DNA from: an uncultured delta proteobacterium
GTDB lineage: Bacteria; Myxococcota_A; Polyangia; Polyangiales; B10-G4
Assembly (NCBI GenBank): GCA_963727445.1
Contig: CAVSGI010000010.1
Location: 608,001-672,000, forward strand
Length of the DNA: 64,000 nucleotides
Direction of reading: 5' to 3'
The translations under genes were made by a program, and so were the position numbers. Shown here piece by piece: positions 61,222-64,000 of this stretch. Each line of letters starts with the position of its first letter. Within the stretch, counting starts at the first letter, position 1. The notes beneath the pieces are model-generated. The model saw nothing but the letters and a program-made list of their open reading frames with translations. It ran no database searches and was not told where the DNA came from.

Positions 61222-61503
61222 TCAAAGCCCCGAGAACAAGTCGAGGGCGTGCGGCAGGTCGGGGACGTCGCCGCCGTCCTGGTAGGGCAGGTCCTCCATG
61301 ACGAGGTCGATCTCGGCGAAGAGCTCGACGCGCTCGTCCGGCATCTCGAACGTGAGCGAGCCCGGCTGCTCCTCGGTGATGACCGCGCGGGCGAGCTCCT
61401 CACCGGGCCCGTAGAGAGTGACGAACGCGAACGCGCCACCCGCGAGCAGGATGACCAGGCCGACGAGGAACGTCACGAATCGCTTCTGGGTCAATCGGCG
61501 CAC
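61222..61503 (-). CDS. Short single-TM hypothetical protein, possibly truncated
   Basis: GTG 6 nt after TATCAT; TM FVTFLVGLVILLAGGAFAFV; ends abruptly after ~93 aa. Confidence 0.4.
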   Translation of the reverse strand: MRRLTQKRFVTFLVGLVILLAGGAFAFVTLYGPGEELARAVITEEQPGSLTFEMPDERVELFAEIDLVMEDLPYQDGGDVPDLPHALDLFSGL

Positions 61504-61658
61504 GCGCACATGATACCGCCGATGCTTGGTCGGCTCTCCCCCCGGTTCCAGGCACGTCTGAAGCCAACCCGGACGCCCGAGCATCCGAGTTGAAGTTGGC
61601 GTCGACGGGCTCGAGCCCGCGCCGCTCGCATCGAGTCTAGACCCCGCGCGGGCGCTGT

Positions 61659-62684
61659 GTGAGAGTCGCCACCATGCAGACGACGTGCGAGCGCGACTTC
61701 GGTGCCGTTGCTCTGTTGGACATCGCAGCGACGCCAGGCGGCACAATCTTCGTGCGCCAGGTGCCTGTGGAGAGCGTCGACATGCCGGGGGGCGGCACGC
61801 GTCTAGGCACGGTGGGTGCGGGCGAGGTGCTTGCGCTCGACCACGAGCTCTCCGAGCTGGATTGCATCGACGTCGAAGCCTTGGTCGTCGCGCACCGGCT
61901 GGACGAGAGCATTGGGACGCGCGCCATTCGCGTCGTGCACGATCCACGAGGATGGGCGATGTCGATCCTGTGCTCCGACAAGATCGCCGACTTCGGTTTC
62001 GGCAAGGACGAGGACGGTCGGTCGCGAACGGGTGAAGCTTGGGCCACATACACGTGCGAGCACACCAGGCGTTTCTCGAGCGCACGCTACCATCCGACCA
62101 ACGGCGACCTCGTCTTCGTGGAAGACGGTGGACCGGTACGCACGGCTCACGGGAGCCTCGAGTGGGGGGACGTCAACGCGTACAGCGCCGCGATGGACGA
62201 CGACCTGATCGCCGCGATCGGCCCCAAGTACCTCTACGTGTATGACCAGGCGGCTCAGGCGGAGTTGTTCCGCGCGCCCGTCGGCCCGGGCTATGCCGTT
62301 GGCCTCTTGCCGGATCGGCGGGTGGCGGTGCTCGCCGGCAGGAAGGCGCGGCTTCGAATCTACGACGCAGATGGTACGGAGCAGCTCTGCCTCGTCTCGG
62401 GCGTGCCGTCGCCCTCGCGCATCGAGGTCTCGCCCACTGGGACCATCGCGCTCTTCAATTCCGACCGCTTGGCGTTCGTCGATCCCGCGACCGGGAGGGT
62501 AGCCACGTTGCCTGCCTATGTCGGGTCGAAAGATCACGCCCGGCCTGGCCAGTTCGCATGGCTCGACGGGGAGAGTTTCGCGGTGGTCTTGTCCGGCACC
62601 GCGAAGCTCTCCATCTCGAAGGTCGACGATTTGTTCGCGACGTTGCCCGCAGTGAAGTGGAAGGTCGAGAAGCCCAAGAAGTAG
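61659..62684 (+). CDS. Hypothetical beta-propeller-like protein without signal peptide
   Basis: 341-aa ORF with repeated beta-strand/turn units (YHPTNGDLVF, VSPTGTIAL, VDPATG). Confidence 0.5.
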   Translation: MRVATMQTTCERDFGAVALLDIAATPGGTIFVRQVPVESVDMPGGGTRLGTVGAGEVLALDHELSELDCIDVEALVVAHRLDESIGTRAIRVVHDPRGWAMSILCSDKIADFGFGKDEDGRSRTGEAWATYTCEHTRRFSSARYHPTNGDLVFVEDGGPVRTAHGSLEWGDVNAYSAAMDDDLIAAIGPKYLYVYDQAAQAELFRAPVGPGYAVGLLPDRRVAVLAGRKARLRIYDADGTEQLCLVSGVPSPSRIEVSPTGTIALFNSDRLAFVDPATGRVATLPAYVGSKDHARPGQFAWLDGESFAVVLSGTAKLSISKVDDLFATLPAVKWKVEKPKK

Positions 62685-62809
62685 CGACGAGCGCCGCCGA
62701 CTCCTTCACCGGACGGGACCAGGCACTGGCTTTCCGTTGATGTTGCAGCCGTCTGCGGCGCCGCCACCTGTTCGACGACGAGCAAGTCACCGCGCAGCCG
62801 CTGACGAGC

Positions 62810-64000
62810 TCACTCCGCCGCGGGCTCGTCCGTCTCGTCGTCCTGGTCCTGCTCGACGATGACGAACTGGACGCGGCGGTTCTGGGCGCGGTGCTCGTCG
62901 CTGTCGTTCGGGACGATGGGCTGGGTCTCGCCGTAGCCGATGGGCGTGAGGCGCGACTCCTCGACGCCGTGCTCCACCAGCCAGCGCTTCACAGAGTCGG
63001 CGCGGCGCTGGGAGAGCTGCGCGTTGTACTCGGCGCGGCCCCGGTCGTCGGTGTGGCCCTGGATCTCGATGCGGCGGATCTGCGGGTTGTTGGTGATGAC
63101 GTGCGCGATCTGGCTCATCAGGTCGAAGCTCGAGGGCAGGATCTCGTCGCTGTCGAAGGCGAAGTTGATCTGCTCGAGGATGCGGATCTCCGACTCCTGG
63201 ACCTCGACCAGGGCGTGGCGCCTGAGCTCGCAGCGCACCTCGACGTCGTAGCTCTCGACGTCCTCCGCCTCGGCGGGGATGGTGCCGCTGCAGGTCCCCG
63301 TCTCGTGCTCGTCGGCCGAGACCTCCATCTCCACCGCGGTCCCCGGCTCGAAGCCGTAGGTGGTGAAGCGGCCGTGCTCGGCGAGGACCGAGCTCCACTG
63401 CGAAGCCGGGAAGCGCACGACGGCCTTGTCGACGGGGTTCCCGTCCTCGTCGACCACCTGACCGAGGATGCGGCCGGTGGGCGGCGCTGGTTCCTGCACC
63501 TCATCCTCGACCTCGACCTCGCGCTCGATGACCTCGGGCTCCGGCGGCGGCCGCGTGTCGAAGTTGTATTGAACGCCGAAGAACACGTCGTAGGGCTCGT
63601 TCAGCGCGAGCTCGCGCACCGAGTGCTCCTTCGACGCGCCGGTGAGACCGATGTCGACGCCGACGTACGCGGAGAAGCCTTTCACCGGCGGCAGGACGCG
63701 CAGGCCCAGGGTGAGGTCCATGGGCATCGCCGCGACCCCTTCGATGCCGAGGCAGCTCTCCTCCGAGGGGTCGCCGGGCACCGAGAGACAGCTGTAGCCG
63801 GTGCGATTGACAGGGATGTTCCAGCTCCACTCGACGATCGGATGGATGAAGAGCTCCTCGGCCACGCGCAACGGCACCTCGACGCCGAGGCGGATGTCGA
63901 AGAAGTCGGTGCGGTTCGCCTCGAGCGCAGTCCGCTCGTAGGTGGTGGCGAGGTGCCGGCTCTCGTCTGCGCGCGGCAGGGGATCGGCGAGGGCGGCGTA
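62810..64000 (-). CDS. OmpA-family protein (3' part; 5' end outside window) with carboxypeptidase-regulatory-like domain
   Basis: Frame open to the window end; GRILGQVVDEDG; INFAFDS, IQGHTD, SQRRADSV, GYGE and NRRVQF motifs. Confidence 0.9.
   Translation of the reverse strand, partial: YAALADPLPRADESRHLATTYERTALEANRTDFFDIRLGVEVPLRVAEELFIHPIVEWSWNIPVNRTGYSCLSVPGDPSEESCLGIEGVAAMPMDLTLGLRVLPPVKGFSAYVGVDIGLTGASKEHSVRELALNEPYDVFFGVQYNFDTRPPPEPEVIEREVEVEDEVQEPAPPTGRILGQVVDEDGNPVDKAVVRFPASQWSSVLAEHGRFTTYGFEPGTAVEMEVSADEHETGTCSGTIPAEAEDVESYDVEVRCELRRHALVEVQESEIRILEQINFAFDSDEILPSSFDLMSQIAHVITNNPQIRRIEIQGHTDDRGRAEYNAQLSQRRADSVKRWLVEHGVEESRLTPIGYGETQPIVPNDSDEHRAQNRRVQFVIVEQDQDDETDEPAAE

Overview
High-GC bacterial chromosome segment. 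Its gene content points to Myxococcota, probably Polyangia/Sandaracinaceae-like (inference): several Ser/Thr kinases, an FHA-sigma54 activator, OmpA/TSP3 proteins and many Cys-rich lipoproteins with Asp-Ala/Thr-Gly tethers. The first ~26 kb holds envelope, signalling and housekeeping genes: the rnc 5' end, an NlpC/P60-like protein, an Hsp70-like protein, a LysM-MepA endopeptidase, a lipoprotein/adenylate cyclase/kinase/LysM-FecR operon, a pseudokinase, an oxidoreductase, TrmO and a BPI/LBP-like lipoprotein. The stretch from ~26 to 62 kb is an accessory-looking patchwork of surface lipoproteins and gene remnants. Its centrepiece is a stand-alone 2837-aa highly reducing type I PKS (KS-AT-DH-cMT-ER-KR-ACP-reductase), followed 15 nt later by a calexcitin/SCP-like EF-hand protein. 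Non-coding observations: two oppositely oriented ~50-52 bp tandem arrays share a GAGCGGTCCG core (27.06-27.76 kb); a structured intergenic segment lies at 6.2-6.4 kb; about 17 start codons have a TANNNT box 6-8 nt upstream (leaderless-type architecture); and four of about eight single-base frameshifts are repaired by reading GAATC as GATC, suggesting a modification-linked sequencing artefact. No rRNA, tRNA, CRISPR array, transposase or integrase was recognised. All product calls come from motif recognition by eye, without database searches.
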